Assembly (NCBI GenBank): GCA_963795855.1
Contig: CAWCIZ010000001.1
Location: 640,001-704,000 of the forward strand
DNA: 64,000 nt
Source: Vulcanimicrobiota bacterium
Lineage (GTDB): Bacteria > Vulcanimicrobiota > Vulcanimicrobiia > Vulcanimicrobiales > Vulcanimicrobiaceae
Reading direction: 5' to 3'
The translations under genes were made by a program, and so were the position numbers. Numbering within the stretch: the first letter of the stretch is position 1; every line of letters starts with the position of its first letter. This document shows, piece by piece, positions 21,008-30,068 of this stretch. Below the pieces are notes generated by a model that was not told the origin of the DNA, made no database searches, and worked only from the letters and a program-made list of their open reading frames with translations.

Positions 21008-22269
21008 ATGCTGATTCGCGGCGGCCGTGTGGTCGATCCGGCGCAGCGGCTGGACGCGCGAATGGACGTGCGCGTTCGCGGCGGCGCGATCGCCGAACTG
21101 GGCGAACACCTGGAGCCGCAACGCGAGGAGGACGTGTTCGATGCGAGCGGTGCGTACGTCGCGCCGGGGTTCATCGACATGCACGTGCATCTGCGCGAAC
21201 CCGGCAATCCGGAAAAGGAAACGCTGAGCACCGGGCTGGCCGCGGCGGTCGCCGGCGGCTTTACCGCCGTCGCCGCGATGCCGAACACGAATCCCGCCAT
21301 CGACGCGCCGGAATCCGTAACGTGGCTGCTCGAATCGGCGGAGCGTATCGGCCTTGCCGCGTGTATCCGATTGCGGCGATCACGAAAGCGCGCAAAGGGC
21401 GAGAAGTGGTCGACTTCGACGCGCTGGCGCACAGCGGCGCGGTCGCGTTCAGCGACGACGGCAACACGATTGTCGACGGCGCGGTGATGCTGCGCGCCGC
21501 CGAACACCGGCGCCTGCTCATCGTGCACTGCGAAGACGAGCACCTCAAAGCGGGAACGGTGATGACGCTGGGTCCGACGTCGCGTAAATTCGGGGTCGCC
21601 GGCGTCCCGTCATCCTCCGAAGACGTCATCGTCGCGCGCGACGTGCTGATCGCCGCGCAAGCCGGCAAGCCATGGCACATCGCGCACCTTTCAACGCGGG
21701 CGGCCGTCGAGATCGTGCGCTGGGCGAAAGCGGCGCCGGTAAACGAAACAACGTTTGCACTGACGTGCGAGGCAACGCCGCATCATCTGGTGTTCACCGA
21801 AGCCCACGTAGCGGAGTTCGGAGCGCGAGCCAAAGTCAATCCGCCGCTGCGGTTCGAAGAAGACGTCAGCGCGCTGCGGCAAGGGGTTCGGGATGGAACG
21901 ATCGACGCCTTCGCTACCGATCACGCGCCGCATACGGAAGCGGAGAAATCCGCGGACCTGCGCGACGCATGCGTCGGATTCAGCGGCTTGGAGATCGCAA
22001 TCGGTGCATACGCGTATGCACTGCCCGATCTGCCGGTCACACGCTTCGTCGAACTGCTCTCCGCGAATCCGGCCGCGAATTTTCGGCGTCTCCGGCGGGA
22101 CGCTCGCGCCCGGCTCGCCGGCGGACGTGACGATATTCGCGGACCGGCCGTGGCGCGTCGACCCGAAACCTTTCGATCCAAAGGCAAATCGACGCCGTTT
22201 GCCGGAATGACGCTTCCGCGGCGCGCCGTCGCAACGATAGTGAAAGGCAGAGTCGTGTACAGTGAATAA
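21008..22269 (+). CDS. pyrC: Dihydroorotase (frameshifted)
   Basis: PGFIDMHVHLREPG, AMPNTNP, CEATPHHL, KVNPPLR and ATDHAPH motifs. Confidence 0.95.
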
Positions 22270-23336
22270 GGCCGCGCTTTTTCTCGCGGACGGGACCCGC
22301 TTCGAGGGCAACGGTCTAGACTACGAGGGTCTGGCGCTGGGCGAAGCGGTGTTCTACACCGGAATGACGGGCTACGAAGAAGCGCTGACCGATCCGTCCT
22401 ATGCCGGGCAAATTTTGACGTTCACGTATCCGATGATCGGCAACTACGGAATCTCCGGCGAGGTCGCGCAATATCCGCGCGCATGCGTCGCAGGCGCAGT
22501 CATGAAGCGGATCGCGCATCATCCGTCGCATCATGCATCGCGCGTCGATCTGCCGTCGTGGCTGGACGAGCAGCACGTCCCGACGTTGATCGAGGCCGAC
22601 ACGCGCTCGATTACAATCACGCTGCGCGAACACGGTACGATTTGGGCCGCGCTCGCGGTCGGCGACGATGCGCTGGCGCGCGCCGAAGCCGCGCTCACCG
22701 AATTCGTGCGCACCGCGACGACGAAAGATCTGGTGGCCGAGCGTTGCCGCCACGTCCGAACACGTCGCGGGGGATGCGCGCGGCCCGCGCGTCGTGCTGC
22801 TGGACTGCGGCGTGAAGAAAGCGATCATTCGCGAGTTGACGGCGCTCGGCGTCAACGTCACCGTGCTCCCGTTCAATGCGAGCGACGAAGAGATTCTGCG
22901 CTTGGAGCCGCAGGCGGTCTTCATCTCGCCCGGCCCAGGCGATCCCACCGATCTGCCCCAAACGATCGATACGCTGCGATCGATGCTGGGCAAGCGGCCG
23001 ATGTACGGCGTGTGCCTCGGCCACCAACTGCTTGCACTCGCGTGCGGCGCGCAGACGTTCAAATTGCCCTACGGCCATCGCGGCGGCAATCAGCCGGTCA
23101 AAGATCTGCAACACGGCGAGGTCATCGTCACGGCGCATAATCACGGCTATGCCGTCGATGCGAAATCGCTTCCCGACGCGCTGGAGCAGACGATGATCAA
23201 TCTGAACGACGGCACGAACGAAGGCTTCCGTCATCGCGACCTGCCGATCGCGGCGGTGCAGTTTCATCCCGAGGCTTCGCCGGGGCCGTTCGATGCGCGG
23301 CGCCTTTTCGCGCAGTGGCTTCACGATTTGGTCTAG
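22262..23336 (+). CDS. carA: Carbamoyl-phosphate synthase small subunit (frameshift near 22745)
   Basis: GEAVFYTGMTGYEEALTDPSYAGQ, SPGPGDP, GVCLGHQL and VQFHPEASPGP motifs. Confidence 0.95.
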
Positions 23337-24127
23337 CGGCCGGCGCAATTTGCGTGCTGCTCGCAGCGCCGGTGCAAGCGCAAGAGTACCAGCGCTTGCA
23401 CGTGCGCAGCTTTACGCTGACTTCCGACAACGCGCGGCCGCAGCTCGAGCAGCCATTCCACGTTACGCTCACCATTCGCCTCGCTGAAAACGCCGCCGAG
23501 GTGCGCAACGTGTTTCTTCCCACGTTTTTCGGCGCGGAAGAACTGGGAGACGTGCAGCAGATCGCGCACAGCCGAGGCGGTACGACGTACCGCGAAACGC
23601 TGACGTTGGTAGCGCACGCGCGCGGTACGCTTGCGATCGGTTCGGGCTATCTGGATGCGGTTGACGCGCGCGACGGAAAATTGAAGCGCTTCATCTCGAA
23701 TTCTTTGCAGATTCCCGTCGGCGGCGGGCCGGTGTCCCAAACGTGGAGCGCGTTGCGTACGGCGGCGCTCGTCGTGATTGCCTGCGCGCTCGCCGGTCCC
23801 GCACTGCTGCTCATCGGGCGCCGGCGAGCCACGCGATCGGCTTTTGCGCCGGTTGTTTCGGTCGCCGCCCCCAAGGACGGCACGAGCGAAGCGTTCGATG
23901 CGCTTCGCAGGCAGCGCGACCGGAGCGCAGTGCTGCGCGTGCGCGCATCTCTGTGGGCGACGGCCGGCGCTCGCGCGGGTGAAACGCTCGGCGACGTCCT
24001 TCGCCGGCCCGCGGCGGGCGACGCTTCGATGCGCCGTTTGCTGCTGACCGTGGAACGCGCGGCGTTCATCGAAGACGCGCGGTTGAACGAAGCGATCGAG
24101 GAGGTGCTGTGCAGCCCGCGGCCGTGA
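23315..24127 (+). CDS. Secreted/membrane protein, BatD-like, first gene of the MoxR module
   Basis: Signal peptide, Ig-like beta region ending SNSLQIPV, and a TM segment. Overlaps the moxR start. The family call rests mainly on context. Confidence 0.55.
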   Translation: MASRFGLAAGAICVLLAAPVQAQEYQRLHVRSFTLTSDNARPQLEQPFHVTLTIRLAENAAEVRNVFLPTFFGAEELGDVQQIAHSRGGTTYRETLTLVAHARGTLAIGSGYLDAVDARDGKLKRFISNSLQIPVGGGPVSQTWSALRTAALVVIACALAGPALLLIGRRRATRSAFAPVVSVAAPKDGTSEAFDALRRQRDRSAVLRVRASLWATAGARAGETLGDVLRRPAAGDASMRRLLLTVERAAFIEDARLNEAIEEVLCSPRP

Positions 24128-25026
24128 TTGAGGCGCTGACGCAAACGATCGTCGGCCAAAGTGAAGTCGTCGAGTCGCTCGTGCTTGCGCTGATTGCCGA
24201 CGGGCACGTGCTGCTCGAAGGGCCGCCCGGCCTTGCGAAGACGCTCGCGTGCCGCGCGCTGGCGGCGGCGCTCGAGGGCGACTTCAAACGCGTGCAGTTC
24301 ACGCCCGATCTGCTGCCCTCGGACATCGTCGGCACGCGCATCTTCAATCAGCGAGAAACGGCGTTCACGACCGTGCTCGGTCCGATATTTGCGAACGTCG
24401 TTCTCGCGGACGAAATCAATCGCGCGCCGGCAAAAGTGCAGTCCGCGCTGCTGGAGGCAATGCAGGAGCGTCAGGTGACGATCGGGCCCGGCACTCATGC
24501 TCTGCCCGATCCGTTTATCGTTCTTGCCACGATGAATCCGCTCGACGCGGACGGCACGTACGCGCTCCCCTATGCGCAGCTCGATCGCTTTCTGTTGAAG
24601 GTGCGCGTCGATCTGCCTTCGCGCGAAGAGGAGCGCGCGATTCTCGATCGTTTCGCGATCGCGGGCGCGCAGCCGGTTCGGGGCGTTGCAACGCTGCAGG
24701 ACGTGCTAGCGTGGCGCCGCAGCGCGATTGCGGTGCACTTGGAAGAGCGCGTGAAACAGTACATCGTCGATTTGGTGCTCGAAACGCGCAAACCCATGCA
24801 GTACCTCGAGCACGGCGCAAGCCCGCGCGCGACGCTGGCGCTGGCGTACGTATCAAGAGCGAAGGCGCTGCTCGCGGGCCGTGACTACGTGCTTCCCGAC
24901 GACGTTCGTTTGATTGCGCCGTTCGTGCTGCGCCACCGCATCGGCTACACGCACCGCGTTGCGATCGAACGCATCGACCCGGAAGACGTTCTGCTCTCGC
25001 TGATCGGCGCGGTTCGCGCGCCGTGA
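24109..25026 (+). CDS. MoxR-family AAA+ ATPase
   Basis: GHVLLEGPPGLAKT, RVQFTPDLLPSDIVG, LADEINRAPAKVQSALLEAMQE and GASPRA motifs. Confidence 0.95.
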   Translation: MQPAAVIEALTQTIVGQSEVVESLVLALIADGHVLLEGPPGLAKTLACRALAAALEGDFKRVQFTPDLLPSDIVGTRIFNQRETAFTTVLGPIFANVVLADEINRAPAKVQSALLEAMQERQVTIGPGTHALPDPFIVLATMNPLDADGTYALPYAQLDRFLLKVRVDLPSREEERAILDRFAIAGAQPVRGVATLQDVLAWRRSAIAVHLEERVKQYIVDLVLETRKPMQYLEHGASPRATLALAYVSRAKALLAGRDYVLPDDVRLIAPFVLRHRIGYTHRVAIERIDPEDVLLSLIGAVRAP

Positions 25027-25766
25027 ACGCCGTCCGTGAAGCGCTGCTGCGAGGCAAGCGGCGCCCGCGCCGCAGCGGCGCCGGTTCGCCGACGCTCTTT
25101 CGCGCGGACGGATACGAATTCGTGGAATTGCGCGAGTATATCCCGGGGGACGACATTCGGCGTATCGATTGGGCGGCCACCGCCCGTACCGCGCAATTGC
25201 AAACGCGCGTGGTGCTGGAAGACGTCGCCTTGACGCTCGCAGCGATCGTCGACGACTCGCCGTCGATGCAGGTCGGAAGAATGCGCCCGCTCGCGCAGAG
25301 CGCGAAGGAGGCGGTCGACGCGTGGTACGCAGCCGCGCAGTCCGGCGACCGCGTGATGCACGTCGAAATCGACGTGCCCTTCGAGTTGACCAAGGCGCTC
25401 GATGCCGCCGGCGCCGCGCTCCCGCGCGGCTGTGCGCTGCTGGTCGCCAGCGACTTTTGGGATCTGCCCGATGACGACGACGTGCTCGGCTTTCTGGGCT
25501 CGCGCTTCGATTGCACGGCGTTGCTTGCACGCGATCCGTGGCATGACGGGCTGCCGCTGAGCGGTCTGCTTCGGATGCGCGATGCCGAGACCGGCTCCGC
25601 CGCGCGGGTGTATTTCGGCAAACGGGAACGTGCCGGCTATTTTCGTGCCGTGCGCGAGCGCGAGCAGCATCTGCTCGAACGCTTCGCACGGACGAATTGG
25701 CGCGCGGACGTGCTGGACGAATCCGATGGAGCTGCGTCGTTGCTGCGCGCTTTCGGCGCGGCATGA
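25023..25766 (+). CDS. DUF58 domain protein
   Basis: GYEFVELREYIPGDDIRRIDWAATAR, VDDSPSM and SDF motifs. Confidence 0.9.
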   Translation: MNAVREALLRGKRRPRRSGAGSPTLFRADGYEFVELREYIPGDDIRRIDWAATARTAQLQTRVVLEDVALTLAAIVDDSPSMQVGRMRPLAQSAKEAVDAWYAAAQSGDRVMHVEIDVPFELTKALDAAGAALPRGCALLVASDFWDLPDDDDVLGFLGSRFDCTALLARDPWHDGLPLSGLLRMRDAETGSAARVYFGKRERAGYFRAVREREQHLLERFARTNWRADVLDESDGAASLLRAFGAA

Positions 25767-26680
25767 GTTTCGCGCATCCGGCCTACCTCGGCATCGCGCT
25801 GGCCGCCGCAGCGCTGTTTGCGCTGTTGTATCGGCTCGCGGCGCGCCGCAGAACGCAGCAGGCTATCGCGTACTCGAATCTGCCGTTTTTGTTATCGGCG
25901 GCCGCGCCGCGCAAGTGGCCCGAGCGTGCCCTGATCGCAGCGTGGGTTGCGGGCGTGGCGCTGATCGTGCTCGCGGTATGCGGGCCCCGCGTGCGCGCGA
26001 TGGTTCCGTCGTTGGGCGGGCGAGTCGTTCTTTGCGTCGACACGTCGGGATCGATGAACGCAACGGACGTGAATCCGACGCGGGCGCAAGCGGCGCTCGC
26101 AGCGATGCGCGCGTTTATCGCTCGCGCTCCCGCGCAAACGGCTATCGGCGTCATTTCGTTCGCTTCGGACGCGCAAGTCCTGACGCAGCCGACGCGCGAC
26201 CGCGACCGGATTGATGCTGCGCTCGAAGACGTTCCCTCGCCGAACGGAGCGACCGCAATCGGCGACGCACTCGACCTCGCGCGCCGTATCTTGCCGGCGA
26301 CCGGGGCACGCGCCGTCGTGCTGATAACGGATGGCGAAAACAACGTGGGTTCGGACCCGATGGAAGCGGCGCGCGCGCTCGGGACCGCACGCATACCGCT
26401 GTTCACGATCGGCATCGGCACGAACTCCGGCGCGCTCATCCCAGGCACGCTGCAGACGGCCGGGATCGATGAAGATGCGCTGCGCGCGTACGCAGCAGCC
26501 GCGGGAGGCGCGTACAGCCGCGCAGACGACGCCGTGCAACTGCGCGAGGCGCTCGCGCGTTTGGGAAGAAGCACGTCACTGACGCGTGAAACCGTCGACG
26601 TGTCGCTCCCCGCAGCGGTCGCGGGCGGCGCTCTGATGGCGCTCACGTTTCTGGCAGGCTTGGCGATTGGGCGGTGGTGA
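25763..26680 (+). CDS. VWA domain membrane protein (BatA-like)
   Basis: MSFAHP N-terminus with TM segments, MIDAS motif VDTSGSM, TAIGDAL and LITDGE. Confidence 0.9.
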   Translation: MSFAHPAYLGIALAAAALFALLYRLAARRRTQQAIAYSNLPFLLSAAAPRKWPERALIAAWVAGVALIVLAVCGPRVRAMVPSLGGRVVLCVDTSGSMNATDVNPTRAQAALAAMRAFIARAPAQTAIGVISFASDAQVLTQPTRDRDRIDAALEDVPSPNGATAIGDALDLARRILPATGARAVVLITDGENNVGSDPMEAARALGTARIPLFTIGIGTNSGALIPGTLQTAGIDEDALRAYAAAAGGAYSRADDAVQLREALARLGRSTSLTRETVDVSLPAAVAGGALMALTFLAGLAIGRW

Positions 26681-27322
26681 GTGGACGAGATCGATTTGAC
26701 GCACATGCGCACGGCATATCAGCGAACCGAACTGCGCGAGAACGCGGTCTCCACCGATCCGCTCGATCAGCTGCGCCGGTGGATCGACGAGGCGATCCGA
26801 GCGGACGTTCCGGAACCGAACGCAATGTGCGTGAGTACGTGTCTGAGCGGTCAGCCGTCTTCGCGTATGGTGCTGTTGCGCCGTCTGGATTCCGGCGGCT
26901 TGGTGTTTTACACCAGTTACTTCAGCCGGAAAGGTCGAGAGCTGCAAGAAAACCCGCGCGCAGCCGCATTGTTTTACTGGCCGCAGCTGGAGCGGCAAGT
27001 CCGCGTCGAGGGCATGGTCGATCAAATCCCGGAGGACGATTCCGACGCCTATTTCGCCAGCCGTCCGCGCGGCCATCAACTCGGCGCCTGGGCGTCGGAG
27101 CAAAGCGAGCCCGTTGAGAACCGCGACTTGCTCGATCAGCGCATGCGCGACTACGAAGAACGGTTCGGCGGCGAGGACGTTCCGCGTCCGCATTCGTGGG
27201 GCGGCTACGCCATAGTGCCGCAGCGCGTGGAATTTTGGCAGGGACGCCCCAATCGGATGCACGACCGGCTCGAATTCCTGCGCCGCCACGGGATGTGGTC
27301 GATGCGCCGCCTGCAGCCTTGA
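26681..27322 (+). CDS. pdxH: Pyridoxamine 5'-phosphate oxidase
   Basis: EPNAM, PSSRMVLL, SRKG, RQVRVEG, YFASRPR and EFWQGRPNRMHDR motifs. Confidence 0.95.
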   Translation: MDEIDLTHMRTAYQRTELRENAVSTDPLDQLRRWIDEAIRADVPEPNAMCVSTCLSGQPSSRMVLLRRLDSGGLVFYTSYFSRKGRELQENPRAAALFYWPQLERQVRVEGMVDQIPEDDSDAYFASRPRGHQLGAWASEQSEPVENRDLLDQRMRDYEERFGGEDVPRPHSWGGYAIVPQRVEFWQGRPNRMHDRLEFLRRHGMWSMRRLQP

Positions 27323-27379
27323 GGACGTGTGTCGGTTTCGGGCGCCCTCAAACGTTTGAATGCAGAAGGAGAACACGAC

Positions 27380-27712
27380 ATGAGTGAATTCGTTTTTCTG
27401 TATCGCGGCGGCCGGCGCGGTGAATCTCCGGCCGAAGGCGAGCAAATTATGCAAAAATGGGTTGCTTGGATGCAAGATCTGGCGACCAAAGGACACATGA
27501 AGGACCGTGGTCAGCCGCTCGAGCCCGAAGGCAAAGTCGTGCGCAACGGCAGCGCCGTTACCGACGGTCCGTACCCGGAGTCGAAAGATCTCGTCGGCGG
27601 CTACACACTGATCGAAGCCCGTGATTTGGCGCAGGCTGCGGACCTTGCGCGGGGCTGTCCGATCTTGGAACGGGACGGATTCGTGGAAGTGCGCCCCGTC
27701 ATGCAGATGTAG
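27380..27712 (+). CDS. YCII-related (DGPF-type) protein
   Basis: TDGPYPESKDLVGGY and VEVRP motifs. AGGAG RBS. Confidence 0.9.
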   Translation: MSEFVFLYRGGRRGESPAEGEQIMQKWVAWMQDLATKGHMKDRGQPLEPEGKVVRNGSAVTDGPYPESKDLVGGYTLIEARDLAQAADLARGCPILERDGFVEVRPVMQM

Positions 27713-28956
27713 TGGACGCACCGGAACGGCTTTTCCGTCACGAGTCCGGACGCATACTCGCCGTTCTCACCCGCATCTTTGGGCTCAATCAGCTCGCGCT
27801 GGCAGAAGACGTCCTCCAAGACACCTTCTGCCGCGCGCTGGAAGTCTGGAAACTTCGCGGCGTCCCGGACAACGCGAGCGCATGGCTCGTAAAGACGGCA
27901 AAGAATCGGGCGATCGACGTTCTTCGACGGGAACGCACGGCGCGCAAATTCGCTCCCGAACTGCAGCGCCTGTTCGATAGCGAATGGACGATGGTTCCCA
28001 CGGTCGCCGAATTCTTCAACGCGGAGACGATCGAGGACGATCGACTGCGCATGATGTTTACGTGCTGCGATTCGCGCATACCCGAGGAAGGCCAAGTCGC
28101 CTTGATGCTCAATCTGCTTGCCGGATTTTCGGCAAGCGAGATCGCGGCTACTTTCTTGACGAAACCGGCGACCGTGGAAAAGCGAATCGAGCGCGCCAAA
28201 CACGTCTTGTCTACGAATCAAGATTTGTTCGAATTCAGCGACGCCGATTTGCCGCCTCGCTTGTCGGCCGTGCACCGAACCTTATATCTGCTGTTCAACG
28301 AGGGATACCACGGCGCGTCAAAGCGGACGCCGGTGCGAGTCGAGTTGTGCCGCGAGGCGATGCGGCTGGCATCCTTATTGCTGGACGAGCCGCTGGTATC
28401 CACGCCGCAAACGTATGCTTTGTGCGCGCTCATGTGGCTGCACGCAGGACGGTTGCCCGCGCGCGTGAACGGCGAAGGCGACTTGATCGCGTTGACGGAG
28501 CAAGACCGCTCGCTTTGGGACGCGGCGCTGATCAAAAAAGGAAACGCGTTTCTGGAAGCTTCGGCGACCGGTCCCGAAGTGAGCGAGTATCACGTGGAGG
28601 CCGCGATCGCTTCGATACACGCAAATGCGACAAGCACGCAAGACACCGAGTGGGCCAAAATCGTCTGGCTGTACGACACGCTCATGGCCATTCGGCCATC
28701 GCCAATCGTCGCGTTGAATCGCGCCATCGCGATCGGCAATCAGTTTGGTCCGGTTCGCGGCATCGAAGCGATATTGGCGATAGAGCAGCGCGAAAGACTC
28801 GCATCGTATCCGTTTCTCCCGGCCGCGCTCGGCGAGCTGGAACTGCGCAGCGGGCGAATGAGCGAAGCGCGAGGCCATTTCGAGCGCGCCGCCGCGCTCG
28901 CGCGCAGCCCGATGGAGCGGCGGTTTCTGACCTCGCGCGTCGAGTCGCTTACCTGA
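27712..28956 (+). CDS. ECF sigma factor with TPR-like C-terminal extension (ECF42-type)
   Basis: AEDVLQD, AWLVKTAKNRAID, DDRLRMMFTCC, LYLLFNEGY, EQDRSLWD and SPIVALNRA motifs, next to a YCII/DGPF gene. Confidence 0.9.
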   Translation: MDAPERLFRHESGRILAVLTRIFGLNQLALAEDVLQDTFCRALEVWKLRGVPDNASAWLVKTAKNRAIDVLRRERTARKFAPELQRLFDSEWTMVPTVAEFFNAETIEDDRLRMMFTCCDSRIPEEGQVALMLNLLAGFSASEIAATFLTKPATVEKRIERAKHVLSTNQDLFEFSDADLPPRLSAVHRTLYLLFNEGYHGASKRTPVRVELCREAMRLASLLLDEPLVSTPQTYALCALMWLHAGRLPARVNGEGDLIALTEQDRSLWDAALIKKGNAFLEASATGPEVSEYHVEAAIASIHANATSTQDTEWAKIVWLYDTLMAIRPSPIVALNRAIAIGNQFGPVRGIEAILAIEQRERLASYPFLPAALGELELRSGRMSEARGHFERAAALARSPMERRFLTSRVESLT

Positions 28957-28957
28957 A

Positions 28958-29039
28958 CTGCAGGCCGGGCGGTCTGGGCGGGTCCTAAAGGACCACCGGG
29001 CCAGCATCCCTGCCTTTTCGGCACTGTGCCCGGCCGCAG
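28958..29039. repeat. Intergenic branched stem-loop element (REP-like or structured RNA)
   Basis: Outer stem CTGC-GGCCGGGC...GCCCGGCC-GCAG encloses the GGTCC-TAAA-GGACC and TGCC-TTTTC-GGCA hairpins. Confidence 0.45.
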
Positions 29040-29065
29040 CACGCCCGGTACGATTGCCTTCAGAA

Positions 29066-30067
29066 ATGACCACGTACCTCGTCACCGGCGCGGCCGGTTT
29101 TATCGGCTCGGCTCTCGTGCGCGCTCTGCTGGAGCGCGGCGAGCGGGTGCGCGCGCTCGACAACTTCAAAACCGGCAAGCGCGAAAACCTCGAGGAAACG
29201 TATCGTGAAATCGAGTTTTTCGAAGTCGATCTGAACGACACGCAGCCGCTTGCCGAGATCTGCCGCGGCGTCGACTGCATCTTTCACGAAGTCTGCGATT
29301 CCGTCGGTTCCCAAATCGGTAGCCGATCCGCTCTCAGTCACCTTGCCAACGTCGACGGAACGCTGAGTTTGCTGCTTGCCGCGCGCGAAACGCGCGTCGG
29401 CCGCGTCGTGTATGCCGCATCCTCGTCGGCATACGGCGATACGCCGTCGCTGCCCAAGCGCGAGGACATGAAGCCGAATCCGATCTCGCCGTACGCCGTG
29501 CAAAAACTTTGCGGCGAGTTGTATACGAGCGCGTTTCACCGCGTGTACGGCATGGAAACCGTGGCGCTGCGGTACTTCAACGTTTTCGGCCCGCGCCAAG
29601 ACGCGACGAGTCAGTATTCCGGCGTGCTCTCGAAGTTCATCACGTGCATGCTCGAGGGCCGTGCGCCCACGATCTTCGGAGATGGAACGCAGAGCCGCGA
29701 CTTCACCTACGTCGAGAACGTCGTCCAGGCGAATCTGCTGGCTTCGTCCGCGGATGCGAGCGCGATTGCGGGGCGCACGTTCAACGTTGCGACCGGCGTG
29801 CGCTTCTCGCTGATGCAAGTCTTCGAAACGCTCAAAACGATTACCGGATTCGCCGGGGAACCGCTGTTCGACGCCGCGCGTGTCGGCGACGTCAAGCATT
29901 CCCTGGCCGATATAAGCGCGGCGCGCGATGCTTTCGGCTACCAGCCGGTCGTCGGCTTCGAAGACGGCTTGCGGCGAACCGTCGAGTGGTACCGCGAGCA
30001 GGCTGAAAATACCGCAGGAAACTCCTGCAGTAACTGCCCCGTAAGGCGGCTAACCTCGGGCATCTAG
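29066..30067 (+). CDS. NAD-dependent nucleotide-sugar epimerase (GalE/WbpP-like SDR)
   Basis: [34 protein letters not shown] and [12 protein letters not shown] motifs. A short compensated frameshift lies at about 29292-29335. Confidence 0.92.
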   Translation: MTTYLVTGAAGFIGSALVRALLERGERVRALDNFKTGKRENLEETYREIEFFEVDLNDTQPLAEICRGVDCIFHEVCDSVGSQIGSRSALSHLANVDGTLSLLLAARETRVGRVVYAASSSAYGDTPSLPKREDMKPNPISPYAVQKLCGELYTSAFHRVYGMETVALRYFNVFGPRQDATSQYSGVLSKFITCMLEGRAPTIFGDGTQSRDFTYVENVVQANLLASSADASAIAGRTFNVATGVRFSLMQVFETLKTITGFAGEPLFDAARVGDVKHSLADISAARDAFGYQPVVGFEDGLRRTVEWYREQAENTAGNSCSNCPVRRLTSGI

Positions 30068-30068
30068 C

